A stretch of 32,000 nt of DNA from a cyanobacterium endosymbiont of Braarudosphaera bigelowii (GTDB taxonomy: Bacteria > Cyanobacteriota > Cyanobacteriia > Cyanobacteriales > Microcystaceae): contig NZ_AP024987.1 in NCBI RefSeq assembly GCF_020885515.1, positions 930,001 to 962,000 of the forward strand. The letters are read 5' to 3'. Below, one piece after another: positions 18,698 through 29,657 of this stretch. The position numbers and the translations under genes were made by a program. Under the pieces are notes generated by a model. The model ran no database searches. It worked only from the letters and a program-made list of their open reading frames with translations, and had not been told where the DNA came from. Every line of letters begins with the position of its first letter. Within the stretch, counting starts at the first letter, position 1.

Positions 18698-20032
18698 ATG
18701 ACTTCATCTTTAAATTATTCTGCTAGAGTAAGTAATATTTTACTTAGTTCTATCGCTGAGGAAGTGGGCTTTAAAGTAGGTGATACCATTATTTCTATTA
18801 ATGGAACAGCGCCTAGGGATTTAATTGATTATAATTTTTTATGTTCTGATGTTTTTTTGCTCTTGCAAGTATTAGACACTCAAGGAGTATCTTATCAAGT
18901 AGAAATTGAAAAAGATTATGATGAAGATTTAGGTTTAGAATTTGAAACAGCCTTATTTGATGGATTAATACAATGCAATAATCGTTGTCCTTTTTGTTTT
19001 ATTGATCAACAACCTTTAGGAAAAAGAGATAGCTTATATCTTAAGGATGATGATTACCGATTAAGTTTTCTTTATGGTAGTTATTTGACTTTGACTAATT
19101 TAACAAAAAAAGAATGGAAACGTATTGAGAATATGCGTTTATCTCCCCTTTTTGTTTCAGTTCACGCAATTGAGCCTGACATTAGAGTCAAACTTTTAAA
19201 AAATGAGAGAGCTGGAGAAATTAAAAGACAATTACAGTGGTTCCGAGATAAAAGATTACAAATTCATGCACAAATTGTAGTATGTCCTGGAATAAATGAT
19301 GGTATCCACTTGGAAAAAACTCTGCTTGGATTAGCTGAATTTCACTCAAAGGAAAATCCCACTGTGATATCTACTGCTGTAGTCCCTGTAGGTTTAACTC
19401 GCTTTCGTCCTAGAGAGAATGAGTTAATTCCTGTAGACGAAACCAAATCAAAGGAAGTTATCAGACAAGTTCAATTATTGCAAAAAAAATTTCTTTCTGA
19501 GCTAAATAGTCATTTTGTTTGGTTAGCAGATGAATGGTTTTTAATAGCAAAAAAAGAATTACCCCCTGAATTTCATTATGAAGACTATCCCCAAATTAGT
19601 AATGGAGTTGGATCTATTAGAAAATTTATCAAAGAGTTTTATTCAATATGTGAAAAAAGATTGCCAATAAAAATTGATAAAGAAAAAACTTTGATCTGGG
19701 TAGTAGGAAATGCGGTTGAGAAGGTTTTTCAGCCTCTAGTAAAAAAAATTAATCAAGTTGAGAACTTAACGGTTACGTTAGTTGCACTTAAAAGCGAATA
19801 TTGGGGACAAGAGATAACTGTAACAGGTTTACTTACCGGTAAAGATTTAATATCAGGATTACAAAATATATATTTAGGGGATGGAGTTTTAATACCTTCA
19901 GTCATGTTAAAAAACGATAATGATATTTTTTTAGATGATATAACGATTCAGGAAATATCATCAATTCTTAAAACCTCATTGATTCCTATAGATAATATTA
20001 CGAATTTCATTGAAATTTGCCTATCAGAATAG
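18698..20032 (+). CDS. PDZ / radical-SAM-like / DUF512 protein (TIGR03279-type cyanobacteria-specific putative FeS oxidoreductase), function unknown
   Basis: PDZ-like N-terminus (VGFKVGDTIISINGTAPRDLIDY). Canonical CX3CX2C cluster CNNRCPFC (Cys93/97/100, nt 18974-18997), followed by YLKDDDYRLSFLYG. The roughly 440-aa length is typical of the family. Confidence 0.8.
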   Translation: MTSSLNYSARVSNILLSSIAEEVGFKVGDTIISINGTAPRDLIDYNFLCSDVFLLLQVLDTQGVSYQVEIEKDYDEDLGLEFETALFDGLIQCNNRCPFCFIDQQPLGKRDSLYLKDDDYRLSFLYGSYLTLTNLTKKEWKRIENMRLSPLFVSVHAIEPDIRVKLLKNERAGEIKRQLQWFRDKRLQIHAQIVVCPGINDGIHLEKTLLGLAEFHSKENPTVISTAVVPVGLTRFRPRENELIPVDETKSKEVIRQVQLLQKKFLSELNSHFVWLADEWFLIAKKELPPEFHYEDYPQISNGVGSIRKFIKEFYSICEKRLPIKIDKEKTLIWVVGNAVEKVFQPLVKKINQVENLTVTLVALKSEYWGQEITVTGLLTGKDLISGLQNIYLGDGVLIPSVMLKNDNDIFLDDITIQEISSILKTSLIPIDNITNFIEICLSE

Positions 20033-20059
20033 GTTAAAAAATAACTTAAAGGGTAAAAC

Positions 20060-20569
20060 TTAATTAGGAATGTTTTTTGTTTTAGACTCAAGAAAAACTT
20101 TAACATTGGGAATATCAACTGGAGCAAGAAACAAAAGAGATGTATGAGGATTTGGTGGAGTTAAATTGGAGTGGGGTTTTTTAGCTTCTTCTGCTATCGT
20201 GTATTTTAAAGATTCACCAAAAGAAGCAAGTGGAATTTCGTACGTTTTTATATTTTTTAATTCAAAATATTTTTTGTTCCATTCAATTGTTTTATTTGCA
20301 GTACAGGCATATATCCCCAGCATAGTAGAAACTAATCCTACAGTTAATACTGTAAAACCTTTTTGAATAGACAGCAGAAATTGTAACTCTGAAGGAAATT
20401 GCTTGAAACTATTTTTTGTAGCAACACTATCAACTATTTGATTAACACCATAATCGTCAAATTCAATTTTTTCTTTAAAATTATAGTAATATCCAGATTT
20501 CAATTTTACTTCACTATTTGTAGAATTATTTGAAGCAGAATTTAGCGAATAATCATATTCAGTATTCAT
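20060..20569 (-). CDS. Hypothetical bitopic membrane protein (169 aa)
   Basis: The ORF has one clear hydrophobic segment (GFTVLTVGLVSTMLGIYAC, about residues 72-90) and a low-complexity Ser/Asn-rich N-terminus. I recognise no motif. It is convergent with the DUF512 gene, with a 27-bp gap. Confidence 0.5.
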   Translation of the reverse strand: MNTEYDYSLNSASNNSTNSEVKLKSGYYYNFKEKIEFDDYGVNQIVDSVATKNSFKQFPSELQFLLSIQKGFTVLTVGLVSTMLGIYACTANKTIEWNKKYFELKNIKTYEIPLASFGESLKYTIAEEAKKPHSNLTPPNPHTSLLFLAPVDIPNVKVFLESKTKNIPN

Positions 20570-20911
20570 ATTTTATGAATCTTAGTTGTTTTCTAGCTAG
20601 TCGATATTCTCTAGTTTTCTTGACTTTAGAGTTATTATTAATTGACGGTAAATATCAGGACTATGTTGCATTATAAAATTATTTATTTAAAGTCTTATGA
20701 ATATACTTGATAACAAGTTATTGTTGATTGTTAAAAAATTAATTTATGTCAGAGTAATTGATAACTTTTTTGTTCAATCTAGCTGTGATTGAATTTGTAG
20801 CCCATAGAATATTCTAGACTAATAAACCTGATAAAATCTATTTTATGTATCAGAGCTTTGTATTGTTTATATAATATAGGAACAAACCTTAAACTTTTGG
20901 ACGTATATTTT

Positions 20912-22204
20912 TTATTTAATATTAATCTTACTAAAGTGAGATATCTCTTCGTTCAAAATTTCTAAAGCTTTATCAAATTGAGGATCGCCCAAGTACCCTA
21001 TTTTTTCTCTAGACTGCTGTAAATCCTTTCTTTCTTTATCAGTTAACTCTATTAGAATATCAGGCTCAATTCCTTGTTTATTAATATCTCGACCACTAGG
21101 TGTTAAGTATTTAGCTATAGTTACGGCTAATCCTGAAGAACCGTCTCCTAAACGTCTAACCGATTGAACTAATCCTTTACCAAAAGTTTTAGTTCCTACT
21201 AAAGTAGCTCTATTATTGTCTTGCAAAGCTCCTGACAAAATTTCGCTAGCACTTGCTGAACCACCATCTATGAGTATTACTAAAGGTTTATTTGTTAAAG
21301 CTCTATTAGTAGCTCTTTGTGCTTCTACTTCTCCACTACGACTAACTGTCGAAACAATTTTTCCTTTATCAAGCCACATTCTTGCTATTTCTACACTTGC
21401 ATAAAGTAAACCTCCTGGATTAGATCTTAAATCTAAAATATAACCTTTGACCTTAGCCGTCTCAGCTTTCCGAATTGAATCACGCATTTCTTTTCCAGCA
21501 TGAGCACTAAATTGAACTAAGCGAATATACCCAACCTTCCCAGAAGATGTTTTTTGAATACGAGACTTTACTGGATGAAGTTCAATTCTAGCTCTAACAA
21601 TAGGATAGCTAAATTCTTGGTTAGTACGGCGAATTGTCAATATTACTTTGCTACCTGGTTTTCCTCTAATAAGTTGGACTGCATCTTCTACTTCCATTCC
21701 TTCTGTAACTTTACCATTAATTTTAGTTATGACGTCTCTGGATAGTATTCCTGCTTTAAATGCTGGCGTATCTTCTATAGGTGCAACAACAGTTAGTTCT
21801 TTTGTTTCTTCGTCCTTAGTTATTTGTATACCGACTCCAGTAAGTTCTCCCGAAGTATCAATCTGCATATTTTTAAACTCTTCTGGATCCATGAAACGAG
21901 TATATGGATCGCCAAGTTGCTCTAGCATCTCACGAATTGCTTTATATGCTTCTTCTTTAGTTTGATAAGACTGAGAATCTCCAACAACGTAATCTTGGCG
22001 AACTGCAAGCCAGTCTACCTGATTAAAAGTATCATCAACATATGTATCGTTGATTATATGCCATACTTCATCGACAAGTCTTTTAGGGTTATCTTCTAAA
22101 TAAGCCAAACTACGGGAAAGATGAACTCCTGATCCAGTGACAGCGACAGTAGTCAAAATCGCAGCAGTTGCACCTAGTATCAACCCTTTTTTATAATTAA
22201 TCAT
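20912..22204 (-). CDS. Carboxyl-terminal processing protease, MEROPS S41A (CtpA/CtpB/CtpC family)
   Basis: N-terminal signal/anchor, PDZ domain (GVGIQI...APIEDTPAFKAGILSRDVITKING), LDLRSNPGGLL, catalytic-region GGSASASEIL and TFGKGLVQ. The paralog (A, B or C) cannot be assigned by eye. Confidence 0.9.
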   Translation of the reverse strand: MINYKKGLILGATAAILTTVAVTGSGVHLSRSLAYLEDNPKRLVDEVWHIINDTYVDDTFNQVDWLAVRQDYVVGDSQSYQTKEEAYKAIREMLEQLGDPYTRFMDPEEFKNMQIDTSGELTGVGIQITKDEETKELTVVAPIEDTPAFKAGILSRDVITKINGKVTEGMEVEDAVQLIRGKPGSKVILTIRRTNQEFSYPIVRARIELHPVKSRIQKTSSGKVGYIRLVQFSAHAGKEMRDSIRKAETAKVKGYILDLRSNPGGLLYASVEIARMWLDKGKIVSTVSRSGEVEAQRATNRALTNKPLVILIDGGSASASEILSGALQDNNRATLVGTKTFGKGLVQSVRRLGDGSSGLAVTIAKYLTPSGRDINKQGIEPDILIELTDKERKDLQQSREKIGYLGDPQFDKALEILNEEISHFSKINIK

Positions 22205-22404
22205 AGACTAAGTATATATTTATTAAACTTACACGAGTTTTCAGTACTAATCCTAAAATAAAAAGTTGTCTGAACTATACTTGAATAGTCATATTCTAGA
22301 CTTTTTTTACACTACTTAGTTAAACTTAATCTTATTGATTTGTTTTCCAATAAATTAGCACTATTTGAGTATAACATTTTCTGAATATTGATGATTATAG
22401 TTTA

Positions 22405-23238
22405 ATGATAGATGGTAACTTGAGTACTTTTAACTTTTTTGAAAAAGATCGTAGGACTTTGTATTATAAACAAAAATTAAAGGTATTACAGAAAGGATGG
22501 AGGTTACTAATCTCTTTTTTCTTAACTGGAGGGCTATTATATAGCAGTAGTCTACCTTATTGGCTAATTCGTAATCAGTCACAAATTAGAATTATAGGAA
22601 ATCAACTATTATCAGAATCTGACATTCTAAAAATGTTAGACATCAGTTATCCTCAATTAATTTGGAAACTACCCATTCACCAGCTAAGAGAAAATCTTAA
22701 ACCTCAACCTTCTCTTGAAAATGTCTATATTATACGTAGTTTGCTACCGGCAAAAATCAAAATTATAGTTAAAGAGAGAAGACCAGTCGCTTTTGCTCTT
22801 ATGGCAGAAAAAAAAGGTTTCCTTGACTCTTTAGGAATTTGGATATCGAGTGAATTCTACAATTTAGAATATGAAACTATATCCTCTGTTAAACTAAAAG
22901 TTTTTGGTCAAAAACAGCGATCTTTTATCTCCTGGAAAAATATTTATCCTCTATCTTTATATTCTCCTATCAAAATTAAAAATTTTAATTTGCAAGATTC
23001 CAATAACCTAATTTTAGACACTGAGTTAGGAATAGTGCATTATGGAATATATGATAAAACTTTTTCAAAAAAACTTATGGCACTAGGCAAGATGAAAGGA
23101 TTGTCTTTCAAAAATAAAACAGAATTATTAGATTACATAGAAGTGTATAGCTTTGACTCACCATCAATCTACTACAAGCCTTATATATCTTCAAATCAGA
23201 AGAACTTACCTACCACTAAAAGATATATATATTATTAA
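22405..23238 (+). CDS. ftsQ: Cell division protein FtsQ (POTRA domain)
   Basis: Short cytoplasmic N-terminus, one TM (LLISFFLTGGLLYSS), and a POTRA-like block IRIIGNQLLSESDILKML...ENVYIIRSLLPAKIKIIVKERRPVAFAL. It lies directly upstream of ftsZ. Confidence 0.8.
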   Translation: MIDGNLSTFNFFEKDRRTLYYKQKLKVLQKGWRLLISFFLTGGLLYSSSLPYWLIRNQSQIRIIGNQLLSESDILKMLDISYPQLIWKLPIHQLRENLKPQPSLENVYIIRSLLPAKIKIIVKERRPVAFALMAEKKGFLDSLGIWISSEFYNLEYETISSVKLKVFGQKQRSFISWKNIYPLSLYSPIKIKNFNLQDSNNLILDTELGIVHYGIYDKTFSKKLMALGKMKGLSFKNKTELLDYIEVYSFDSPSIYYKPYISSNQKNLPTTKRYIYY

Positions 23239-23319
23239 TAATATATAGCGATTCAAGTGTCCTTAATGATACACTGATTCCTGAAATTTTTGATTAAAAT
23301 AACTAATTCGATATTCGAT

Positions 23320-24591
23320 ATGGATACTTCTAATAGCAAATTAATGAATGATTATTTTGGTTTTAATCACAATGACAAATCTTTACCATCAAATAAAATA
23401 AAAAGTCATCTTAGAAACAATCATGATTTATCTTTCTCACAAGGTAACTTGTCTTCAACAAGTTTTTCAGAAAATAATGAAAAAGGACAAATAATACCAA
23501 ATAGTACTGCAAGAATTAAAGTTATTGGAGTAGGTGGAGGAGGATGTAATGCAGTTGACAGAATGGTTGAAAGTTCATTAACAGGTATTGACTTTTGGAC
23601 TATTAATACTGATGCTCAAGCCCTTAGTCAATCTTTAGCTCCTAATCGTATACAAATTGGGAAAAAATTAACTAAGGGATTAGGAGCTGGGGGTAATCCT
23701 AATATTGGTAAAGAAGCTGCCATCGAATCTCGTGAAGAAATTACAGAAGCCCTTCAAGACACTGATTTAGTATTTGTTACTGCAGGGATGGGTGGTGGCA
23801 CAGGAACTGGAGCAGCTTCTGTAGTAGCAGAAATAGCAAAAGAACAGGGTTGCCTCACCATTGGAGTTGTAACTCGTCCTTTTGATTTTGAAGGTAGAAG
23901 ACGTATGGTACAAGCACGTCAAGGTATTGAGGAATTAACTAATAATGTAGATACTTTAATCGTTATACCTAACAATAAATTGCTACAAGTAATTGATCAA
24001 GAGACCTCACTTAAACAAGCATTCCTTTTTGCTGATGATATCCTAAGGCAAGGAGTGCAGGGAATATCTGACATTATAACTATCCCAGGATTAGTTAATG
24101 TAGATTTTGCTGATGTTAGAGCGATTATGTCTGATGCAGGTTCTGCTTTAATGGGTAGTGGAAATGGTTCTGGTAAATCACGTGCTCTTGATGCAGCCTC
24201 CTTAGCTATTTCTTCTCCATTATTAGAACATTCCATTCGAGGAGCAAAAGGAGTAGTCCTCAATATAACGGGTAGTAGTGACCTTACTTTGCATGAAGTA
24301 AGCATTGCTTCAAAAGCTATATACGAAAAGGTTGTAGATAATACTGATGCTAATGTAATTTTCGGTGCGGTAATAGATGAAGAACTGCAGGGAGAAATAC
24401 GTATAACAGTAATTGCAACTGGGTTTAGCCGAAGCAAGGATTCTGAAGAAAACTTAGAAATGGTATCTAGCGATGATATTAATACCTTAAAAAATTCTTT
24501 CGCTACTCCAGAACAGAAAATACACTCTATAGATCTAGGTGGAATAGATATTCCTTCTTTCTTATCTAATCGTCGTGATACTTCTGAATAA
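23320..24591 (+). CDS. ftsZ: Cell division GTPase FtsZ
   Basis: [14 protein letters not shown], tubulin signature [20 protein letters not shown]7-loop region NVDFADV, and a conserved C-terminal peptide IDIPSFL. It has the cyanobacterial-type N-terminal extension. The start is ATG 23320 or the ORF track's TTG 23290. Confidence 0.95.
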   Translation: MDTSNSKLMNDYFGFNHNDKSLPSNKIKSHLRNNHDLSFSQGNLSSTSFSENNEKGQIIPNSTARIKVIGVGGGGCNAVDRMVESSLTGIDFWTINTDAQALSQSLAPNRIQIGKKLTKGLGAGGNPNIGKEAAIESREEITEALQDTDLVFVTAGMGGGTGTGAASVVAEIAKEQGCLTIGVVTRPFDFEGRRRMVQARQGIEELTNNVDTLIVIPNNKLLQVIDQETSLKQAFLFADDILRQGVQGISDIITIPGLVNVDFADVRAIMSDAGSALMGSGNGSGKSRALDAASLAISSPLLEHSIRGAKGVVLNITGSSDLTLHEVSIASKAIYEKVVDNTDANVIFGAVIDEELQGEIRITVIATGFSRSKDSEENLEMVSSDDINTLKNSFATPEQKIHSIDLGGIDIPSFLSNRRDTSE

Positions 24592-24995
24592 TAATATTTC
24601 ACTTTTATAAAAAAAACTGAATTCTGTTTGAATTATTATTTATTAATAATAATATGGCTAATGTATAATTAAATAATTCTTTACAAATAATGTAATTCAA
24701 AGAATAATACTAATGTGACTTAATAAGAAACGTAAAATCTTTTTACATGAATTAAGAATACTCAACCAAATAGTATTAAACGAAGCACAGAAATTGAAAA
24801 ATTAGATTGCTAACTATAAAATCTTTTATTTAGTTACAGATTTAAAACTTACCTCTATGTAGTAAATAATCTTTGATTTTATCCAAAAAAATGACATTAT
24901 TTTTTAATACTTTACCTTTAAAGGACTAATATATATGTAAGGTAAGAAATAATTTTTTTGTTTTAAAAAGGCTTACATCTACATGTAAATAAAAA

Positions 24996-25784
24996 ATGTT
25001 AGATTACATTCTTATATTGAGTATTAGTGGGCTGCTTTCTGGATTATTAGCAGGAGTTTTAGGGATAGGAGGAGGAGCTATTCTAGTTTCCTTACTACTG
25101 GCATTCCAAAATACACCATTGCAAGCAGTTGCTACTAGTAGCGTGGCTATTGTAATTATTGCTTTTTCAGGTAGTTTACAAAATCGTCGAATGGGGAATC
25201 TAAGTTTACAGAAAGTTTTTTTACTAGGAACACCAGCAATTATAACAGCGCAAATTGGTGTAAAAATTGCTAACTATATTCCTGAGTATTGGTTGTTACT
25301 TTTATTTAGCATTCTTTTAACTTTTAATATCTTTTTATATAGTTACCGGCGTTATTTAACTAAAGTGATATATAAAGAGAATAACTCTGTTTTTATATAT
25401 CACTTTTTAAGCTTATTCACAGGAGGAATAGGCGGTTTACTAGCTGGTTTATTTGGAATTGGAGGAGGAATAATTATGGTTCCTCTACAAATTTTATTAT
25501 TGCGAGAAACCATGCAGATATCAATTCAAAACAGCTTAGGTGTAATTTTTATTACTTCAATTTCTTCCAGTATAGGCCATGCTTTAAACGATAATGTACT
25601 CTGGCTTACTGGCTTTATCTTGGGATGTGGGGGAGTGTTAGGAGTACAAATGGGCACACGTATATTATCAAAATTGTCAAATAGAATGATAACCTTTGGT
25701 TTTCATCTGGTGTCGATCATAATATCTATATATACTTTTAAGCAAGCATGGTTCAGTTATTTAAATTTTTTAGAAGTAAATTAA
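24996..25784 (+). CDS. TauE/SafE (DUF81) family anion/sulfite exporter-type membrane protein
   Basis: About 8 TM segments, with the duplicated glycine-rich motifs GVLGIGGGAILV and GLFGIGGGIIMVP characteristic of the family. Confidence 0.85.
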   Translation: MLDYILILSISGLLSGLLAGVLGIGGGAILVSLLLAFQNTPLQAVATSSVAIVIIAFSGSLQNRRMGNLSLQKVFLLGTPAIITAQIGVKIANYIPEYWLLLLFSILLTFNIFLYSYRRYLTKVIYKENNSVFIYHFLSLFTGGIGGLLAGLFGIGGGIIMVPLQILLLRETMQISIQNSLGVIFITSISSSIGHALNDNVLWLTGFILGCGGVLGVQMGTRILSKLSNRMITFGFHLVSIIISIYTFKQAWFSYLNFLEVN

Positions 25785-26018
25785 AGAGAAGATTTGAATA
25801 TATGAATTATCTTAACTTTTTATCAATTTTTGATCTCTTACTAACTAGTCAAGTGAGTAATATTGATTCCTCTTCTAATAAACTCTTTCCGACAGAATAG
25901 ATGAAAATTTTTCACAAAGAAGATAGTATGTATATAAATTGAATAATTATTCTAGATTAAATCGAGAAATCATAAAATAGCTACACAATAAAACGATATT
26001 ACATTTATAAATTTGCCT

Positions 26019-29000
26019 ATGCCACGCCGGGATGACTTGAAAAAAATTATGATTTTAGGAGCAGGTCCTATTGTGATTGGACAAGCTTGTGAATTTGACT
26101 ATTCTGGTACTCAAGCTTGTAAGGCTCTAAGAGAAGAAGGCTATGAAGTTGTGTTAGTCAATTCTAATCCAGCTTCGATCATGACTGATCCTGAAATGTC
26201 TGATCGAACTTATATTGAACCTCTTGTTCCTGATATAGTCGAAAAAATTATTGCTAAAGAACTTCCGGATGCATTACTAGCAACGATGGGAGGACAGACT
26301 GCACTTAACATAGCTGTATCTTTAGCTAAAAGTGGAGTCTTACAAAAATACAATGTTGAATTAATTGGAGCAAAGCTGTCAGCTATTGAAAAGGCAGAAG
26401 ATAGGGAATTATTTAAACAAGCAATGAATAATGTTGGAGTCCCTGTCTGTCCTTCTGGTATTGCCAATACTTTAGAAGAAGCCGAACAAATTGCAATTGA
26501 TATTGGCTCTTATCCTTTAATTATTCGTCCTGCATTTACCTTAGGAGGTACAGGAGGGGGCATCGCTTATAATCAAGAAGAATTTGGAAGTGTTGTACAA
26601 CTCGGTTTAGATGCATCTCCAGTATCTCAAATATTAGTAGAACAATCATTGCTAGGATGGAAAGAGTATGAGTTGGAAGTAATGCGAGATTTAGCAGATA
26701 ATGTTGTCATTATCTGTTCTATTGAAAATTTTGATCCAATGGGAGTACATACAGGGGATTCGATTACAGTTGCACCAGCTCAAACTTTAACAGATAAAGA
26801 GTATCAAAAGTTGAGAGATTATTCTAAATTAATAATTAGAGAAATAGGTGTAGAAACAGGAGGTGCCAATATCCAGTTTTCTGTAAATCCTTTGAATGGT
26901 GATATGATCGTTATCGAGATGAATCCTCGTGTTTCTCGCTCATCTGCTCTAGCTTCTAAAGCTACAGGATTCCCTATTGCTAAGTTTGCCGCTAAGCTCG
27001 CTGTTGGTTATATTCTTAATGAAATTAAGAATGATATAACTAGAAAAACTCCAGCTTCATTTGAGCCAACTCTCGATTATATAGTAACAAAAATACCACG
27101 ATTTGCTTTTGAGAAATTTCCTGGTTCTCAAGCAATTTTGACTACTCAAATGAAATCAGTGGGAGAAGTTATGGCTATTGGTCGTACTTTTCAAGAATCT
27201 TTCCAAAAAGCTTTAAGATCATTAGAAACAGGATGTCATGGTTTTACTTGTGATCAAACCTCAGATTTCTCCTCTTTATCCGAAGTACGTTCTAAACTAG
27301 AAATTTCAAGTCCTGATAGAATTTTTTTAATTTATAAAGCCTTAAAATTAGGTATGACGATAGAAGAAATTCATGAATTAACTGCTATTGATATGTGGTT
27401 TCTAGATAAATTAAGAGATATTTTTAATACTGAAAAATATCTTAAGCAGTTTATTCTCAAGGATATAAGCAAAGTACAAATGAGATTAGTCAAGCAAAAA
27501 GGTTTTAGCGATTATCAAATAGCTCAAATTACTGAAACTACAGAAAATGAAGTTAGAGAATATCGTAAAAGTTTAGGTGTTATTCCAGTATATAAAGTCG
27601 TAGATACTTGTGCTGCTGAATTCGAAGCATTTACTCCTTATTATTACTCTACATATGAATTAGAAGATACAGAAGTTTTATCGACTCAAAAGCCTAAAAT
27701 AATGATTTTAGGTGGGGGGCCTAATCGTATTGGACAAGGAATAGAGTTTGATTATTGTTGCTGTCATGCTTCCTTTGCCCTTACTGAGGCTGGTTATGAA
27801 ACTATAATGGTTAATTCTAATCCAGAAACTGTATCCACAGACTATGATACAAGTGATCGTTTATATTTTGAGCCCTTAACAAAGGAAGACATTTTAAATA
27901 TTATTGAAGTGGAAAATCCTGAAGGAGTTATCATTCAATTTGGGGGACAGACCCCATTAAAGCTTGCGGTCCCATTACAAAAATATTTTGACAGTCCAAA
28001 TTGTTCTGTTCAGACAAAAATATGGGGAACCTCTCCTGATTCTATTGATTTAGCAGAAGATAGAGAGCGCTTTGAAAAAATATTATATGATCTTGAAATT
28101 AAGAAGCCTCCTAGTGGAATTGCTCGTAGTTTTGAGCAGTCTTTAAATATTGCTTCTCATATTGGATACCCTGTAGTAGTTCGTCCCTCTTATGTATTAG
28201 GAGGACGAGCTATGCAAATTGTTTTTTCTGATAAAGAACTACAACACTATATGAATTATGCAATTCAAGTAGAACCTGATCATCCAATTTTAATTGATAA
28301 ATTTTTAGAGAATGCTATTGAAGTCGATGTTGATGCTCTATGTGACAAGACTGGTATGGTAGTCATTGGAGGAATAATGGAACACATTGAGCAAGCAGGC
28401 ATACATTCTGGGGATTCAGCTTGCTCAATTCCTTTCATAACACTCTCTCAAAAAGTACTTAATATTATTCGTGGTTGGACATCTCAATTGGCAAATAGTT
28501 TAAAAGTTATTGGACTAATTAATATTCAGTATGCAGTACAGGGAGAAGAAGTTTATATCTTAGAAGCCAATCCACGTGCATCTCGTACTGTTCCATATGT
28601 ATCTAAAACTACGGGAAGACCTCTTGCAAAAATTGCTTCCTTGCTCATTTCAGGAAAAACTTTGTGTGAATTAGGCGTGCATACAGAACTTATTCCTCGC
28701 TATGTTTCTGTTAAAGAAGCTGTTTTACCTTTTCAAAAATTTCCTGGGACAGATACTTTGCTAGGACCAGAGATGCGTTCTACAGGTGAAGTTATGGGTA
28801 TAGATAATGATTTTGGTAAAGCGTTTGCAAAAGCAGCAATTGCCTCTGGCGTAAATTTACCTATTAGTGGAACCGTTTTTATTTCCACTAGCGATATAGA
28901 TAAAATTCTAACTGTTCCAATAGCTAAAAATTTAGAAGAATTAGGATTTAAAATAGTTGCAACATTAGGCACTCAAAAAGTCTTAGAAAATAATGGAATC

Positions 29001-29264
29001 AAAGGAGTAGAAATAGTTCCAAAGCTTCATGAAGGTCGTCCCCATGTTATTGACTGGATTAAGAATAAAAAAATTCAACTTATTATAAACACTCCAAATG
29101 GAGAAGAATCACAGGTAGATGCGCAAAAAATCAGAAGAACAGCATTAGATTATCAATTACCAGTAGTTACAACAATAGCTGGTGCGAAAGCTACAGTTAC
29201 TGCTATTCGTTCTTTACAAAGTCAACCTCTTAAAGTTAAAGCATTACAAGACTATATCTGCTAA
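26019..29264 (+). CDS. carB: Carbamoyl-phosphate synthase large subunit
   Basis: [37 protein letters not shown]. Two ATP-grasp halves (second half: [23 protein letters not shown]) and a C-terminal MGS-like domain. 1081 aa from ATG 26019; the ORF track's TTG at 26013 adds 2 residues. Confidence 0.97.
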   Translation: MPRRDDLKKIMILGAGPIVIGQACEFDYSGTQACKALREEGYEVVLVNSNPASIMTDPEMSDRTYIEPLVPDIVEKIIAKELPDALLATMGGQTALNIAVSLAKSGVLQKYNVELIGAKLSAIEKAEDRELFKQAMNNVGVPVCPSGIANTLEEAEQIAIDIGSYPLIIRPAFTLGGTGGGIAYNQEEFGSVVQLGLDASPVSQILVEQSLLGWKEYELEVMRDLADNVVIICSIENFDPMGVHTGDSITVAPAQTLTDKEYQKLRDYSKLIIREIGVETGGANIQFSVNPLNGDMIVIEMNPRVSRSSALASKATGFPIAKFAAKLAVGYILNEIKNDITRKTPASFEPTLDYIVTKIPRFAFEKFPGSQAILTTQMKSVGEVMAIGRTFQESFQKALRSLETGCHGFTCDQTSDFSSLSEVRSKLEISSPDRIFLIYKALKLGMTIEEIHELTAIDMWFLDKLRDIFNTEKYLKQFILKDISKVQMRLVKQKGFSDYQIAQITETTENEVREYRKSLGVIPVYKVVDTCAAEFEAFTPYYYSTYELEDTEVLSTQKPKIMILGGGPNRIGQGIEFDYCCCHASFALTEAGYETIMVNSNPETVSTDYDTSDRLYFEPLTKEDILNIIEVENPEGVIIQFGGQTPLKLAVPLQKYFDSPNCSVQTKIWGTSPDSIDLAEDRERFEKILYDLEIKKPPSGIARSFEQSLNIASHIGYPVVVRPSYVLGGRAMQIVFSDKELQHYMNYAIQVEPDHPILIDKFLENAIEVDVDALCDKTGMVVIGGIMEHIEQAGIHSGDSACSIPFITLSQKVLNIIRGWTSQLANSLKVIGLINIQYAVQGEEVYILEANPRASRTVPYVSKTTGRPLAKIASLLISGKTLCELGVHTELIPRYVSVKEAVLPFQKFPGTDTLLGPEMRSTGEVMGIDNDFGKAFAKAAIASGVNLPISGTVFISTSDIDKILTVPIAKNLEELGFKIVATLGTQKVLENNGIKGVEIVPKLHEGRPHVIDWIKNKKIQLIINTPNGEESQVDAQKIRRTALDYQLPVVTTIAGAKATVTAIRSLQSQPLKVKALQDYIC

Positions 29265-29657
29265 TATTCTATAGTATTTTTTAGTGGTAAAGATTCTTAG
29301 TTTATACTTAAATTTAAAGATATTTCATAGAATTGTAATAACAAAACACATCATGTTTTATACAATATATTGACTCGGGTTTATATGAATAATTTCTGTG
29401 GGACTTGCTATAAAGAACATTCTTATATAAATAGAAATATCTTCTATAAAAAGTCTACTTAATTACTAATAATTAATAGTATGTTTTTTTATTATTACTC
29501 TAGTAATATTAGCAGTCTTATAACTTCCATGATATTTTTATTAGCAATTAAGGTAATATTTGCAGATATATACTACAGACTCTAACTCTAGAAGTATTTT
29601 AATATATGACAAAGTAGAATTATTATTCTAAGATCTATTAATTTAAAATTTGATTAT

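Noticed and set aside
20166-20366. 66-aa plus-strand ORF inside the 169-aa hypothetical gene
   Set aside because: It is shorter than the opposite-strand ORF and has no start context. Neither ORF has homology support, so this rejection is less certain than the others.
21216-21965. Three plus-strand ORFs (62, 63 and 105 aa) inside the S41 protease gene
   Set aside because: They are antisense to a clearly homologous CDS, their products are low in complexity, and they have no start context.
23997-24602. 201-aa minus-strand ORF fully overlapping ftsZ
   Set aside because: It is antisense to a very confidently identified gene. The product is Ser/Ile/Ala-rich with no motif. Long antisense frames are a known artefact of Gly/Ala/Val-rich, codon-biased genes such as ftsZ.
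24632-24653. attattatt-tatt-aataataat palindrome after ftsZ
   Set aside because: It is a pure A/T trinucleotide-repeat-like low-complexity sequence. Such self-complementarity is expected by chance in this composition.
25802-25900. 32-codon ORF downstream of the TauE-family gene
   Set aside because: It has no RBS, no recognisable family and a chance-level length for this composition.
26210-28972. Two minus-strand ORFs (85 and 79 aa) inside carB
   Set aside because: They are antisense to carB.
29481-29585. 34-codon ORF MFFYYYSSNISSLITSMIFLLAIKVIFADIYYRL in the carB-der spacer (possible small membrane protein)
   Set aside because: It has no SD and no resemblance to known small photosynthetic, NDH or cytochrome b6f subunits. 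Its composition is what AT-rich DNA yields by chance. It is worth a TBLASTN check only.
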